DNA from: Ectothiorhodospiraceae bacterium
GTDB lineage: Bacteria; Pseudomonadota; Gammaproteobacteria; HK1
Assembly (NCBI GenBank): GCA_024234875.1
Contig: JACKNM010000016.1
Span: forward strand, 1-64,000
DNA: 64,000 nt
Direction: 5' to 3'
Shown: one piece after another, positions 12,791 through 23,767 of the stretch
How the letters are laid out: each line of letters begins with the position of its first letter
Position numbering within the stretch: position 1 is the stretch's first letter
Made by a program: the position numbers and the translations under genes
The notes under the pieces: generated by a model
The model's database searches: none
Seen by the model: only the letters and a program-made list of their open reading frames with translations
Told to the model about the DNA's origin: nothing

Positions 12791-14944
12791 ATGGCGCGAG
12801 ACGATTCGAGCACGGTTGCGCAGTGGGAGGCGCTGGCGCGGCGCGAGCTGCGCGGTGCGGACCCGGAGGATCTGGTCTGGGAGACGCCGGAGGGAATTCG
12901 GGTCAAGCCGCTCTACACCGCCGCCGATCTCGAGTCGCTCGAGCACGTCGACTCGCTGCCCGGCTTCGCGCCGTTCGTGCGCGGGCCGCGGGCGACGATG
13001 TACGCCGGCCGGCCGTGGACGGTGCGCCAGTACGCCGGCTTCTCCACCGCCGAGGAGACCAACGCGTTCTTCCGGCGCAATCTCGCCGCCGGGCAGACCG
13101 GGTTGTCGGTCGCGTTCGATCTCGCCACCCATCGCGGTTACGACTCCGACCACCCACGGGTGGTCGGTGACGTCGGCAAGGCGGGCGTCGCGATCGACAC
13201 CGTCGAGGACATGCGCATCCTGTTCGACGGCATCCCGCTGGAGCGGATGTCGGTATCGATGACCATGAACGGCGCGGTGCTGCCGGTGCTCGCGATGTTC
13301 GTGGTCGCCGGCGAGGAGCAGGGCGTCGCGCCGGAGCAGCTCTCGGGGACGTTGCAGAACGACATCCTCAAGGAGTTCATGGTCCGCAACACCTACATCT
13401 ATCCGCCAGAGCCCTCGATGCGGATCGTGGCCGACATCATCGCCTACACCTCGCGCCACATGCCGCGATTCAATCCGATCTCGATCTCCGGCTATCACAT
13501 GCAGGAGGCCGGGGCGACCGCGGTGCAGGAGCTCGCCTTCACCCTCGCCGACGGCGTCGAGTACGTGCGCGCGGCGCAGGCCGGCGGGCTCGCGGTGGAT
13601 CAGTTCGCGCCGCGGCTCTCGTTCTTCTTCGGCATCGGCATGAACTTCTTCATGGAGATCGCCAAGCTGCGCGCGGCGCGGCTGCTGTGGGCCGAGCTGA
13701 TGGCCGAGAAGTTCTCACCCTCCGATCCGCGATCGCTGATGTTGCGCACGCACTGCCAGACCTCGGGCGTGAGCCTCACCGTCCAGGACCCGTACAACAA
13801 CGTGGTGCGCACCGCGATCGAGGCCCTGGCCGCGGTCCTCGGCGGGACCCAATCGCTGCACACCAACGCGTTCGACGAGGCGTTGGCGCTACCGACCGAC
13901 TTCTCGGCCCGCATCGCGCGCAACACCCAGCTCATCCTGCGCGACGAGACCGGGGTCACCCGCGTGGTCGATCCGCTCGCCGGCTCCTACTACGTCGAGA
14001 GCCTCACCGCCAGCATCGCGCGCGAGGCGCGGGCGCTGATCGACGAGGTCGAGGCGCTCGGCGGGATGACCCGCGCGGTCGAGTCCGGGATGCCGAAGCT
14101 GCGCATCGAGGAGTCCGCGGCGCGCCGTCAGGCACGAGTCGACCGCGGCGACGAGATCGTCGTCGGCGTCAACCGCTACCAGCCGGAGGAGGAGACGGCG
14201 GTCGACGTGCTCGACATCGACAACGCGGCGGTGCGCGAGGCTCAGGTCGCACGGCTGGCGCGGGTCCGCGCCGAGCGTGACGAGGCTGCCTGCCGGGCGG
14301 CGCTCGAGGCGCTCGCCGCGGCGGCCGACGATCGCGCCGAGAATCTCCTCGAGTGCGCGGTGGCGGCGGCACGAGCGCGGGCGAGCGTCGGTGAGATCTC
14401 CGACGCGCTCGAGGGTCGGTACGGGCGGCACAGCGCGCACGTGCCCTCGATCTCCGGGGTGTACGGCGCTGCCTGCGACGGCGACGCGGACTTCGAGGCA
14501 GTGCGCGCCGAGGTCGGCGCGTTCGCCGAGGAGGAGGGGCGCCGGCCGCGCCTGCTGGTGGTGAAGCTCGGCCAGGACGGACACGACCGCGGCGCGCGCA
14601 TCATCGCCACCGCCTTCGCCGACCTCGGCTTCGACGTCGACATCGGGCCGTTGTTCCAGACCCCCGAGGAGGCCGCCCGGCAGGCGATCGAGAACGACGT
14701 CCACGTGGTCGGGGTGTCGACCCAGGCCGCCGGCCACAAGACGCTGGTCCCGGCCCTGGTCGCGGCGCTGCGGGCCGAGGGCGCCGACGACGTCGTGGTG
14801 GTGTGTGGCGGGGTGATTCCACCGAAGGACCACGAGGCGTTGCGGGCCCAGGGGGTGAGCGCGATCTACGGTCCGGGCACCAACATTCCGCATGCGGCGC
14901 GAGACGTGATCGGGTTGCTGCGCGAGCGTCGCGTCGCCGCCTGA
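12791..14944 (+). CDS. scpA: methylmalonyl-CoA mutase (single-chain, with C-terminal B12-binding domain)
   Basis: 717 aa. It has the mutase N-terminal substrate domain ([33 protein letters not shown]) and a C-terminal cobalamin-binding Rossmann region ([18 protein letters not shown]). Confidence 0.85.
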   Translation: MARDDSSTVAQWEALARRELRGADPEDLVWETPEGIRVKPLYTAADLESLEHVDSLPGFAPFVRGPRATMYAGRPWTVRQYAGFSTAEETNAFFRRNLAAGQTGLSVAFDLATHRGYDSDHPRVVGDVGKAGVAIDTVEDMRILFDGIPLERMSVSMTMNGAVLPVLAMFVVAGEEQGVAPEQLSGTLQNDILKEFMVRNTYIYPPEPSMRIVADIIAYTSRHMPRFNPISISGYHMQEAGATAVQELAFTLADGVEYVRAAQAGGLAVDQFAPRLSFFFGIGMNFFMEIAKLRAARLLWAELMAEKFSPSDPRSLMLRTHCQTSGVSLTVQDPYNNVVRTAIEALAAVLGGTQSLHTNAFDEALALPTDFSARIARNTQLILRDETGVTRVVDPLAGSYYVESLTASIAREARALIDEVEALGGMTRAVESGMPKLRIEESAARRQARVDRGDEIVVGVNRYQPEEETAVDVLDIDNAAVREAQVARLARVRAERDEAACRAALEALAAAADDRAENLLECAVAAARARASVGEISDALEGRYGRHSAHVPSISGVYGAACDGDADFEAVRAEVGAFAEEEGRRPRLLVVKLGQDGHDRGARIIATAFADLGFDVDIGPLFQTPEEAARQAIENDVHVVGVSTQAAGHKTLVPALVAALRAEGADDVVVVCGGVIPPKDHEALRAQGVSAIYGPGTNIPHAARDVIGLLRERRVAA

Positions 14945-15094
14945 CCGCCGTATCCGCTCACCGCTGGCACGACCTCGCGCGGTCTGCGAACATCCGCGCC
15001 GACCGAGGGTGACCTGCGCGATCGGCAGCGCATCGCCGCGGACGTGACGATCATCGCCCGTCGACCCGACCGGGCGCCGAGAAGGAGCGAGGGC

Positions 15095-16627
15095 TTGCAA
15101 GAGATCATCCGCCAGCTCGACGAGAAGCGCGCCGCCGCCCGGCTCGGCGGCGGCGAGCGCCGTATCCAGTCCCAGCACGCCAAGGGCAAGCTCACCGCGC
15201 GCGAGCGGCTCGAGGTCCTGCTCGACGAGGGCAGCTTCGAGGAATGGGACATGTTCGTCGAGCACCGGTGCCACGATTTCGGGATGGCCGAGCAGTCCAC
15301 TCCCGGCGACGGCGTGATCACCGGCTTCGGCACCATCGACTCGCGGCCGGTGTTCGTGTTCAGCCAGGACTTCACGGTGTTCGGCGGCTCGTTGTCGGAG
15401 GCGCACGCCGAGAAGATCTGCAAGGTGATGGACCAGGCGATGAAGGTCGGTGCCCCGGTCATCGGCCTCAACGACTCCGGCGGCGCGCGCATCCAGGAGG
15501 GGGTGGCCTCGCTGGGTGGTTATGCCGAGGTCTTCCAGCGCAACGTGCTGGCGTCGGGCGTCATCCCGCAGGTCTCGATGATCATGGGCCCGTGCGCCGG
15601 CGGGGCGGTGTACTCGCCGTCGATGACCGACTTCATCTTCATGGTGCGCGACACCTCGTACATGTTCGTGACCGGCCCCGAGGTGGTGAAGACCGTCACC
15701 CACGAGGAGGTGACCCACGAGCAGCTCGGTGGCGCCTCGACCCATTCGACGCGCTCGGGTGTGGCCGATGCCGCGTTCGACAACGACATCGAGGCGCTGC
15801 TGATGTTGCGCCGCTTCGTCGGCTTCCTGCCGTCGAGCAACCGCGAGCGTGCGCCGCTGCGCGCCACCGAGGATCCGGTCGAGCGCGCGGAGATCTCGCT
15901 CGATACCCTGGTGCCGGCGAATCCGAACCGTCCGTACGACATGAAGGAGCTGATCGAGAAGATCGTCGACGAGGGCGAGTTCTTCGAGCTGCAGCCGGAG
16001 TACGCCGGGAACATCGTCATCGGGCTCGCCCGGATGGACGGTCACACCGTCGGCATCGTCGCCAATCAGCCGATGGTGCTGGCGGGATGCCTCGACATCG
16101 CGTCGTCGATCAAGGCCGCGCGCTTCGTCCGCTTCTGCGACTGCTTCAACATCCCGATCGTCACCTTCGTCGACGTCCCGGGCTTCCTGCCGGGCACGGC
16201 GCAGGAGTACGGCGGGATCATCAAGCACGGCGCCAAGCTGCTCTTCGCCTACGCCGAGGCGACGGTGCCGAAGGTCACCGTGATCACGCGCAAGGCCTAC
16301 GGTGGTGCCTACGACGTGATGAGCTCGAAGCACCTGCGCGGTGACGCGAACTTCGCCTGGCCGTCGGCCGAGATCGCGGTGATGGGGCCCAAGGGCGCGG
16401 TCGAGATCATCTTCCGCCAGGACGCGGGCGATCCGGAGAAGATCGCCGCGCGTACCGAGGAGTACCGGCGCAAGTTCGCCAACCCCTTCGTCGCCGCGCA
16501 GCGTGGCTACATCGACGACGTGATCATGCCGCGCCACACCCGCGCCCGGATCTGTCGGTCGCTCGCGATGCTGCGCACGAAGCAGGTGGCCAATCCCTGG
16601 AAGAAACACGGGAACATCCCGCTGTAG
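15095..16627 (+). CDS. pccB: propionyl-CoA carboxylase beta subunit (carboxyltransferase)
   Basis: The tracked ORF is 15044..16627. The conserved start [21 protein letters not shown] maps to a TTG at 15095, preceded by a GAAGGAG RBS. Carboxyltransferase motifs are present throughout. Confidence 0.8.
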   Translation: MQEIIRQLDEKRAAARLGGGERRIQSQHAKGKLTARERLEVLLDEGSFEEWDMFVEHRCHDFGMAEQSTPGDGVITGFGTIDSRPVFVFSQDFTVFGGSLSEAHAEKICKVMDQAMKVGAPVIGLNDSGGARIQEGVASLGGYAEVFQRNVLASGVIPQVSMIMGPCAGGAVYSPSMTDFIFMVRDTSYMFVTGPEVVKTVTHEEVTHEQLGGASTHSTRSGVADAAFDNDIEALLMLRRFVGFLPSSNRERAPLRATEDPVERAEISLDTLVPANPNRPYDMKELIEKIVDEGEFFELQPEYAGNIVIGLARMDGHTVGIVANQPMVLAGCLDIASSIKAARFVRFCDCFNIPIVTFVDVPGFLPGTAQEYGGIIKHGAKLLFAYAEATVPKVTVITRKAYGGAYDVMSSKHLRGDANFAWPSAEIAVMGPKGAVEIIFRQDAGDPEKIAARTEEYRRKFANPFVAAQRGYIDDVIMPRHTRARICRSLAMLRTKQVANPWKKHGNIPL

Positions 16628-16668
16628 GTCGGCCGCGCCCGACCCGTCGCACGGAGCCTGACCGCCGA

Positions 16669-18660
16669 ATGTTCGACAAGATCCTGATCGCGAATCGTGG
16701 CGAGATCGCCTGCCGCGTCATTCGCACTGCCCGCCGCATGGGTATCGGCACCGTCGCCGTGTACTCCGACGCCGACCGCGACGCGCTGCACGTGGAGATG
16801 GCCGACGAGGCGGTGTGGGTGGGAGAGGCGCCGTCTGCGCAGAGCTATCTGCGCACCGACCGCATCGTCGAGGCCTGCCTCGCGACCGGCGCCCAGGCGG
16901 TGCACCCGGGCTATGGCTTCCTGTCGGAGAACGCGCAGGCCGCGCGCGCGTTCGCCGCGGCGGGCGTGGTCTTCATCGGCCCGCCGATCGAGGCCATCGC
17001 CGCGATGGGTGACAAGATCACCTCCAAGCGCATCGCCGCCGAGGCCGGTGTGAGCACCATTCCCGGCCACCCCGACGCCGTCGCCGACGCCGACGAGGCG
17101 GTCGAGGTGGCGCGGGCCGTCGGCTACCCGGTGATGATCAAGGCCACCGCTGGCGGCGGCGGCAAGGGCATGCGCATCGCCCACGACGATGCCGAGTGTC
17201 GCGACGGCTTCGAGCGGGCGACCAGCGAGGCGCGATCGAGCTTCGGCGACGACCGCGTGTTCATCGAGCGCTTCATCGAGCGCCCGCGCCACATCGAGAT
17301 CCAGATCCTCGCCGACGGTCACGGTAATGCGCTCTACCTCGGCGAGCGCGAGTGCTCGTTGCAGCGTCGTCACCAGAAGGTGATCGAGGAGGCGCCCTCG
17401 CCGTTGCTCGACGAGGCGACGCGCCGGGCGATGGGCGAGCAGGCGGTCGCGCTGGCGCGCGCGGTCGGGTATCGCTCGGCCGGGACGGTGGAGTTCGTCG
17501 CCGATCCGAATCGCAACTTCTACTTCCTCGAGATGAACACGCGGCTGCAGGTCGAGCATCCGGTCACCGAGCTGATCACCGGCCTCGACCTGGTCGAGCA
17601 GATGATTCGGGTCGCAGCCGGTGAGGCGCTCGCGCTGCGCCAGGAGGAGGTTCGCCTGCGCGGGTGGGCGATGGAGGCGCGCGTCTACGCCGAGGATCCG
17701 GAGCGTGGATTCCTGCCGTCGACCGGTCGCCTGGTGCGCTACCGCCCGCCGATGGAGGCGCCCGACGTGCGTATCGACACCGGGGTCGTCGAGGGCGGCG
17801 AGGTGTCGATGTTCTACGACCCGATGATCGCCAAGGTCATCACCCATGGCGAGGACCGCGACACCGCGCTGCGACGCCTGCAGTGGGCGCTCGACGAGCT
17901 ACAGATTCGCGGGCCGGCGCACAATACCGCCTTCCTCGCCGCGCTGGCGCGTCATCCGCGCTTCGCGCGTGGCGACCTCGGCACCGACTTCATCGCCCAG
18001 GAGTTCGGTGACGCGTTCGAGCCGGGTCTGGTGCCGGACGACGAGTTGCGCGTCCTGGTCGCGGTGGCGGCGACGGTGCATGCGCGTATGGACGCGCGCG
18101 ACCGGCGAAGTGGCGCCGCCAGCGGCGTCGGTCACCGCGCCGCCCTGCGAAACGACTGGGTGGTGGTGCGCGGCCGGGAGGCGCGCTGGACGGTCCGGGT
18201 CCAGCCCGACGACGGACCGTGGCGTGCCATCGTCGACGGGCACAGCCACGAGGTGCTGGCGGTGTGGCGCCCCGGTGACCAGGTGTTCCGCGGCAAGGTC
18301 GACGACCGCGAGGTGTGCGTGGCGGTCGATCGGGTCGGTGTCGGTTACCGGCTGTCGCACGCGGGCTACCGAGTCGACCTCCTGGTGCTGTCGCCGCGCG
18401 CGGCCGAGCTCCACCGCCTGATGCCCGAGCGGCGCCCACCCGATCTGTCGCGCTTCGTGCTGTCCCCGATGCCCGGGCTGCTGGTGCGGGTCTCGGTCGC
18501 CGCCGGTGACACGGTGAAGGCGGGGCAGGAGCTCGCGGTGGTGGAGGCGATGAAGATGGAGAACGTGCTGCGCGCTCCCCAGGACCACGTGGTGAAGGCG
18601 GTGCTGGCGCAGCCGGGGGCGAGTCTCGCGGTCGACCAGCCGATCGTCGAGTTCGAGTGA
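16669..18660 (+). CDS. pccA: propionyl-CoA carboxylase alpha subunit (biotin carboxylase + biotin carboxyl carrier domain)
   Basis: 663 aa. It has the biotin carboxylase N-terminus (MFDKILIANRGEIACRVIRTAR) and a C-terminal biotinyl domain with the EAMKMEN motif. Confidence 0.85.
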   Translation: MFDKILIANRGEIACRVIRTARRMGIGTVAVYSDADRDALHVEMADEAVWVGEAPSAQSYLRTDRIVEACLATGAQAVHPGYGFLSENAQAARAFAAAGVVFIGPPIEAIAAMGDKITSKRIAAEAGVSTIPGHPDAVADADEAVEVARAVGYPVMIKATAGGGGKGMRIAHDDAECRDGFERATSEARSSFGDDRVFIERFIERPRHIEIQILADGHGNALYLGERECSLQRRHQKVIEEAPSPLLDEATRRAMGEQAVALARAVGYRSAGTVEFVADPNRNFYFLEMNTRLQVEHPVTELITGLDLVEQMIRVAAGEALALRQEEVRLRGWAMEARVYAEDPERGFLPSTGRLVRYRPPMEAPDVRIDTGVVEGGEVSMFYDPMIAKVITHGEDRDTALRRLQWALDELQIRGPAHNTAFLAALARHPRFARGDLGTDFIAQEFGDAFEPGLVPDDELRVLVAVAATVHARMDARDRRSGAASGVGHRAALRNDWVVVRGREARWTVRVQPDDGPWRAIVDGHSHEVLAVWRPGDQVFRGKVDDREVCVAVDRVGVGYRLSHAGYRVDLLVLSPRAAELHRLMPERRPPDLSRFVLSPMPGLLVRVSVAAGDTVKAGQELAVVEAMKMENVLRAPQDHVVKAVLAQPGASLAVDQPIVEFE

Positions 18661-18702
18661 GCGGTCGGGACTGCGTCGGGCCGGCCGGGTGGCCGCGCTG
18701 AC

Positions 18703-19761
18703 ATGCCTGCGACTCCGGCAGACCCCATCGCGTTGGCCGAGGCGGTCCGCGGGGGCGACCGGCGCGCGCTGGCGCGCGCGATCACGCTCGTCGAGTCGAC
18801 GCGGCGCGATCATCGCGACCGCGCGAGAGCACTCCTCGCCGCGCTCGCGCCGTACGCGGGTCGCTCTCTGCGCGTCGGCATCTCCGGTGTGCCGGGGGTC
18901 GGCAAGTCGACCTTCATCGAGGCCTTCGGCGTTCATGCCATCGACCAGGGCCGGCGGGTCGCGGTGCTCACCGTCGACCCGTCCTCGGCCCTGTCAGGGG
19001 GCTCGATCCTGGGCGACAAGACGCGGATGCCACGCCTCGCTGCCGAGCGGCGCGCGTTCGTTCGTCCGTCGCCGTCGGGAGGGTCGCTCGGCGGCGTGGC
19101 GCGCCGCACGCGGGAGTCGATCCTGGTCTGCGAGGCGGCGGGGCACGACCTGGTGGTGGTCGAGACCGTCGGCGTCGGGCAGTCGGAGGTCGCCGTCGCG
19201 GGGATGACCGATCTGTTCCTGCTATTGCTGCTCCCCGGTGGCGGTGACGAGCTACAGGGCATCAAGCGCGGGATCATGGAGCTCGCCGACGTGCTGCTGG
19301 TGAACAAGGCCGACGGTGAGCTCGAGCGGACCGCGACCACCACCGCCGCGGAGTACCGCGGCGCCCTGGGATTCTTGCGCCCCCGCGACGCGGACTGGAC
19401 CGCGGTGGTCGCCACCTGCTCGGCCGCCACCGGCGCAGGAATCGCGAGCGCGTTCGACCTCGTTCGGCGCTTCGAGACCGAGATGACGGCGCGCGGCGCC
19501 ATCACACGTCGCCGCGCCGCGCAGGCCCGCGACTGGATGTGGGCCGAGGTCGCCGATGCGCTCACGGTCCGGCTGCGCGCGCACCCGCGCGCCGCGGCGT
19601 TGCTGACCGAGCTCGAGCCGGCGGTGGCGCGCGGCGACCTGCCGGGCTCGGTGGCGGCGGAGCAGGTCGTCGATGCCTTTCTCGGCGAGCCCACGGGCAC
19701 GGCGAGTGCGCCAGGCACGCGCGGGCCTCAATCGCCGCCAACTACTCGGAGATGCCGATGA
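18703..19761 (+). CDS. meaB: methylmalonyl-CoA mutase-associated GTPase MeaB/ArgK
   Basis: 352 aa. It has the P-loop GVPGVGKST and the conserved N-terminus [14 protein letters not shown]. It sits between pccA and the epimerase. Confidence 0.8.
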   Translation: MPATPADPIALAEAVRGGDRRALARAITLVESTRRDHRDRARALLAALAPYAGRSLRVGISGVPGVGKSTFIEAFGVHAIDQGRRVAVLTVDPSSALSGGSILGDKTRMPRLAAERRAFVRPSPSGGSLGGVARRTRESILVCEAAGHDLVVVETVGVGQSEVAVAGMTDLFLLLLLPGGGDELQGIKRGIMELADVLLVNKADGELERTATTTAAEYRGALGFLRPRDADWTAVVATCSAATGAGIASAFDLVRRFETEMTARGAITRRRAAQARDWMWAEVADALTVRLRAHPRAAALLTELEPAVARGDLPGSVAAEQVVDAFLGEPTGTASAPGTRGPQSPPTTRRCR

Positions 19762-20162
19762 TCGGTCGACTCAATCACGTCGCGATCGTGGTGCCGGACC
19801 TCGACGCCGCGGCCGCACGGTATCGAGACGCGCTCGGGGCCACGGTCTCGGAGCCGCATGCCCTGCCCGAGCACGGGGTGACCACGGTGTTCGTCGAGCT
19901 GCCGAACGCGAAGATCGAGCTGCTGCATCCACTCGGCGACGGCTCACCGATCGCGCCCTTCCTGGAGCGCAATCCGTCCGGCGGAATGCACCATCTCTGC
20001 TACGAGGTGGACGACATCCTCGCGGCACGCGACGCACTGCGTGCCGCCGGCGCCCGCGTGCTCGGCGACGGCGAGCCGCGCCTCGGTGCCCACGGCAAGC
20101 CGGTGCTGTTCCTGCACCCGAAGGATTTCTTCGGCACGTTGGTGGAGCTCGAGCAGGCTTGA
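19752..20162 (+). CDS. mce: methylmalonyl-CoA epimerase (glyoxalase/VOC family)
   Basis: The tracked ORF is 19539..20162. The conserved VOC sequence starts at [24 protein letters not shown] (ATG at 19752, alternative at 19758). It overlaps the meaB 3' end by about 10 nt in a different frame. Confidence 0.75.
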   Translation: MPMIGRLNHVAIVVPDLDAAAARYRDALGATVSEPHALPEHGVTTVFVELPNAKIELLHPLGDGSPIAPFLERNPSGGMHHLCYEVDDILAARDALRAAGARVLGDGEPRLGAHGKPVLFLHPKDFFGTLVELEQA

Positions 20163-20204
20163 GAGCCACGCGTGACGGTCGGGCACTGTGGCCGCCACCC
20201 CCGC

Positions 20205-20226
20205 GGGCCGGCACGAGGGCCGGCCC
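20205..20226. terminator. GC-rich stem-loop downstream of the epimerase gene
   Basis: GGGCCGG, loop CACGAG, then GGCCGGCCC. It sits in the convergent intergenic region between mce and the MATE gene. Confidence 0.3.
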
Positions 20227-20430
20227 CTACAGGCGACGTCTGGTGCGGTCCCCGTAGGCGCGGCCCGCCGTGGCCACCCGCCGTACCGCCACCCTCGGCG
20301 TCGAGCTACACGTCACCGATCGGTTTCCGAGCCCCGTGACCTGACATCATCGCCGACCCTCGACGCGACGATGCCACCAGCTCACGTCACGAGCGCGCCC
20401 GCAGGGCGCGGCCGCCGGTCTCCGGTGCTC

Positions 20431-21765
20431 TCAGACCGGGAAGGGGACCTCTCGCCGATAGCACCAGCCGAGCGTCACTGCTCGCGCGACCATGAACACG
20501 GTCAGCGCCAGCCAGAGCCCGTGGTTGCCGAGCACCGGAGCGGCCAGTGTCGCCGCCAACAGGTAGACCGCGAGCGACAGCACCATGGTGTCGCGCATCT
20601 CGCGTGACCGCGTCAGGCCGATGAACACGCCGTCGAGCATGAAGCTCCACACCGACAGCAACGGCGACGCGATCATCCACGGCAGGTAGTCGAGCGCGGT
20701 GTCACGTACCGCGTCGATGGTGGTCATCAGCGCGATGATCGACGGTCCCGCCAGCCAGTAGACGATCGCGTAGACCGCACCGACCGCCGCCGCCCAGCCG
20801 GTCGCCACGCGCACCGCGGTGCGCAGCGCGCGCGCGTTGCGCGCGCCCCAGGCGTTGCCGGCCAGCGCCTCGACCGCGTGCGCGAAGCCGTCGAGCCCGA
20901 AGGCCATGATGGTCTGCAGGTGGAGCAGGATCGCGTTCGCCGCGAGCACCACGTCACCGAGCCGTGCGCCGGCCGAGGTGAAGTGGGCAATCGCGGACAG
21001 GGCGGCCACGGTGCGCACCATGATGTTGAGGTTGGCGCGGCCGAGGGCGAGGAGCTGCTGGCGGTCGAGCACCGTGCGACGGTCGGGCCACGGGCCCAAT
21101 CGCCGCATGATGCGCAGCACCAGCACCATGCCGAGGATGGCGGCGGCCCACTCCGCGGTCAGCGTCGCCACTGCGACGCCGGTGACCCCGGCGTCGAGGC
21201 CGAGCACCAGCACCAGGTCGAGCACCACGTTGATCACGTTGAGCAGGACCTGGAGCACGAGCGCGGTGCCCATGCGCTGCATGCCGAACAGCACGCCGAG
21301 CACCGCGAAGTTGAGCAGGCCGGCCGGCGCGGCCCAAATCCGGACGTGGTAGTACTCGAGCATTCCGGCCTCGACCGCGGCGCTACCGTCGAGCACTGCC
21401 ACCGCAATCGCCGCCACCGGGGTCTGCAGCACCACCAGGAGGGCACCGAGGACGGTCGCCGCGAGCAAGGCTCGGAGCGCGCTCGCCTGTAACCCGGCGA
21501 CGTCGCCGGCGCCGAGCGCCTGCGCCGCGAAGCCGGTGGTGGCCATGCGCAGGAAGCTGAACATCCAGTACAGGAAGTTGAACACCAGCGCGCCGAGGGC
21601 GACGGCACCGATGTGCGCGGGGTCCGGGAGCCGGCCCACCACCGCGGTGTCGACCGCGCCGGCGAGTGGCACCGACATGTTCGACAGGATGACCGGCCCG
21701 GCCAGGGTCCAGACCCTGACGTGCCAGCGCCCGTCGCCGGTCAGCGCGGCGCGCTCGTCGGACAA
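20431..21765 (-). CDS. MATE-family efflux transporter (DinF/NorM-like)
   Basis: 444 aa. It is highly hydrophobic with about 12 predicted TM helices, and the sequence pattern is typical of the MATE family. Confidence 0.7.
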   Translation of the reverse strand: MSDERAALTGDGRWHVRVWTLAGPVILSNMSVPLAGAVDTAVVGRLPDPAHIGAVALGALVFNFLYWMFSFLRMATTGFAAQALGAGDVAGLQASALRALLAATVLGALLVVLQTPVAAIAVAVLDGSAAVEAGMLEYYHVRIWAAPAGLLNFAVLGVLFGMQRMGTALVLQVLLNVINVVLDLVLVLGLDAGVTGVAVATLTAEWAAAILGMVLVLRIMRRLGPWPDRRTVLDRQQLLALGRANLNIMVRTVAALSAIAHFTSAGARLGDVVLAANAILLHLQTIMAFGLDGFAHAVEALAGNAWGARNARALRTAVRVATGWAAAVGAVYAIVYWLAGPSIIALMTTIDAVRDTALDYLPWMIASPLLSVWSFMLDGVFIGLTRSREMRDTMVLSLAVYLLAATLAAPVLGNHGLWLALTVFMVARAVTLGWCYRREVPFPV

Positions 21766-21816
21766 CGTGGAGGCCGGTGTCGGATACCGCCGGGCGGCGT
21801 GCGCGCTCGCATCGAG

Positions 21817-23475
21817 TCAGCCGCGAGGGCCGACGAAGTGCCGGTAGATCGAGCTCAGCTCCTCGGGTGAGAAGCTGACGATGACGATTTCCTGTCCCGG
21901 GTAGACGCGATTGGGGTTCTGACCCATGCGCCCGTTGCGGTAGTTGTAGACCCAGCTCTCGCGTGCCTTGTCGTGGATGAGCAGGCCGAGGAACGAGCTC
22001 GACCGGTCCGCGAGGCGCTCGTCCGCGTCCCGGGGAATCTCGACCTGGTAGGTGTCGATCTGCTCGCCGCGTCGAATGGCGATACCGCGGGCGAAGTTCT
22101 CGATGATGCCGTCGTGGATGATGCCCCAGATCCCCTGCTCGTCGTTCGGCTGCACCGTGCGCACGTAGAAGATGGCATCCGGGTCGACGTCGCCGAGCTT
22201 CGCGCGCAGGAGGTCGGCGATCGTCGCCGACTCCAGCCGATAGGGCGCGCGGATGATGCTCAGCTCCTCGTCCGGACTCGTCTCCGGCCGCATCTGCAGG
22301 GCGGCCGGCGTGGTCACCTCGAAGTAGCGCACGTTGCGCACGACCTCGAGTGGGCGCTTCGGCGCGCCGGCGTAGCGCTCGAGCACCTGGCGCAACGTGA
22401 ACTGCCGGACCGAGTCCTGCTCGAGGAGTCGCACCGGTTGCTCCAGGTTGCCGGCGGCACCGGCGATCAGCTTCTCCGGCGACGTGATCTCGATCTGCTC
22501 CACCTCGCGCACGACGGTGATCGGCGAGTTCGCGGCCAGCGCGGGATCGCGCGCGAGCTCACCCCGCGTGACCACCTCGGCCGACACCTCCGGCAGCAGA
22601 GAGATGATCTGGTCCCGGGTGACGAAGTGGTCTGCGCGATCGGCCTCGACCGGACGCGGGCCGGGGCTCGAGATGTCGGAGACGTAGGCGCGGGCCTCGG
22701 AGTCGATACTCGGCGGGCTCGTCGGTGTGGTCGGGGCTGCCCCGCCCACGGCCGGCAATGCGGTGGCCGGTAGCGCGGGTGCGGGTGGTGCGGGCGGTGC
22801 GGGACCGAGGGCGAGAGTCGGCGCCGGCACATCGCGGGCGGGCGTGGTGGGCGCGGATGGCGAGGTGGTCGAGCGCCCCGGGTCGGCGCCCGCTCCCGGG
22901 CTCAGCGCGCCGACCCCACTCGGGGCGTCGACGCCAGGCAGCGCGCGGACCGTGATTCCGGCGCCCGCGCCCGGTAGCGGTGCCGCGCTGACCCCGGGGC
23001 GAGGTGAGAGGGCGGCGGTGGGGGTCGCCGGCGGCTGCGGGGCCTGCGACGCGGTGTCGCTCGGGCTGGCCGTCGCGGTGCCGGCCCCGGCTCCGGCCGG
23101 GGCCGCGGTCGGCGCTTGCGCCGAGGTCGCGGTCGGAGGCGCCGTCGCCACCGGCGTCGGATTCTCCGTCACCGGGACGATCGCCGACGGGATGGACGGC
23201 GCCGGTGCTCCGGCCGTGCTCGCGGTCGAAGGAACGGTCGAAGGAACGGTGGCCGGCGCGGCAGGGGCACGCGCCGGCGCGGGCGATTGCGCTCGCGTGC
23301 TCGGCGCGCGGGCGCTCGGCGACGCGCCGCCCAGCGAGCCTGGGCCGAGGGAGGCGTTCCCGGGCATCGGGAAGCCGCCCTCGCGCCACAGCAGCACGGC
23401 GGCGACGACGATGCCGACGATCAGCACGACGGACAGAAAGCGGCGCAATGGCGGCCTCGACTGACTGGTGCCCAT
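21817..23475 (-). CDS. membrane-anchored hypothetical protein with long Pro/Ala/Thr/Ser-rich low-complexity region and C-terminal globular domain
   Basis: The tracked ORF is 21817..23769. A plausible start is the ATG at complement 23475 (MGTSQSRPPLRRFLSVVLIVGIVVAAVLLW), which gives a single N-terminal TM helix. That is followed by about 250 aa of PAPT-rich repeats, then a roughly 250-aa non-repetitive C-terminus. No family was recognised. Confidence 0.5.
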   Translation of the reverse strand: MGTSQSRPPLRRFLSVVLIVGIVVAAVLLWREGGFPMPGNASLGPGSLGGASPSARAPSTRAQSPAPARAPAAPATVPSTVPSTASTAGAPAPSIPSAIVPVTENPTPVATAPPTATSAQAPTAAPAGAGAGTATASPSDTASQAPQPPATPTAALSPRPGVSAAPLPGAGAGITVRALPGVDAPSGVGALSPGAGADPGRSTTSPSAPTTPARDVPAPTLALGPAPPAPPAPALPATALPAVGGAAPTTPTSPPSIDSEARAYVSDISSPGPRPVEADRADHFVTRDQIISLLPEVSAEVVTRGELARDPALAANSPITVVREVEQIEITSPEKLIAGAAGNLEQPVRLLEQDSVRQFTLRQVLERYAGAPKRPLEVVRNVRYFEVTTPAALQMRPETSPDEELSIIRAPYRLESATIADLLRAKLGDVDPDAIFYVRTVQPNDEQGIWGIIHDGIIENFARGIAIRRGEQIDTYQVEIPRDADERLADRSSSFLGLLIHDKARESWVYNYRNGRMGQNPNRVYPGQEIVIVSFSPEELSSIYRHFVGPRG

Positions 23476-23767
23476 CCCGCGCCGCGTCGGTCTGGGTGCC
23501 CGCGGCTCGTGACGACGAAACGATGCCCAGATGATAACAGCGATCCGCGGCTCGGCCGCGCCGGATTCGGTCGGCCGCAGGCGGATTCGAGGCCCCTTGG
23601 ACACCCCGTGTCGCGCCTGCGAATCCCGGCCCGAGGGCACACCGCTCGGCCTCAAGACCCGACAGGAACGGCCGTTGTTATGATCCCGCGCCGCGCCGTC
23701 GCGCGCGCGAACCTCGGCCATCGGGCGCCGGTGGTCGCAGGCCGACCACCGACAGGGAGACGAACTC

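Noticed and set aside
13889-17847. 906-aa and 446-aa minus-strand ORFs
   Set aside because: They are antisense to methylmalonyl-CoA mutase, pccB and pccA, and have no recognisable domains.
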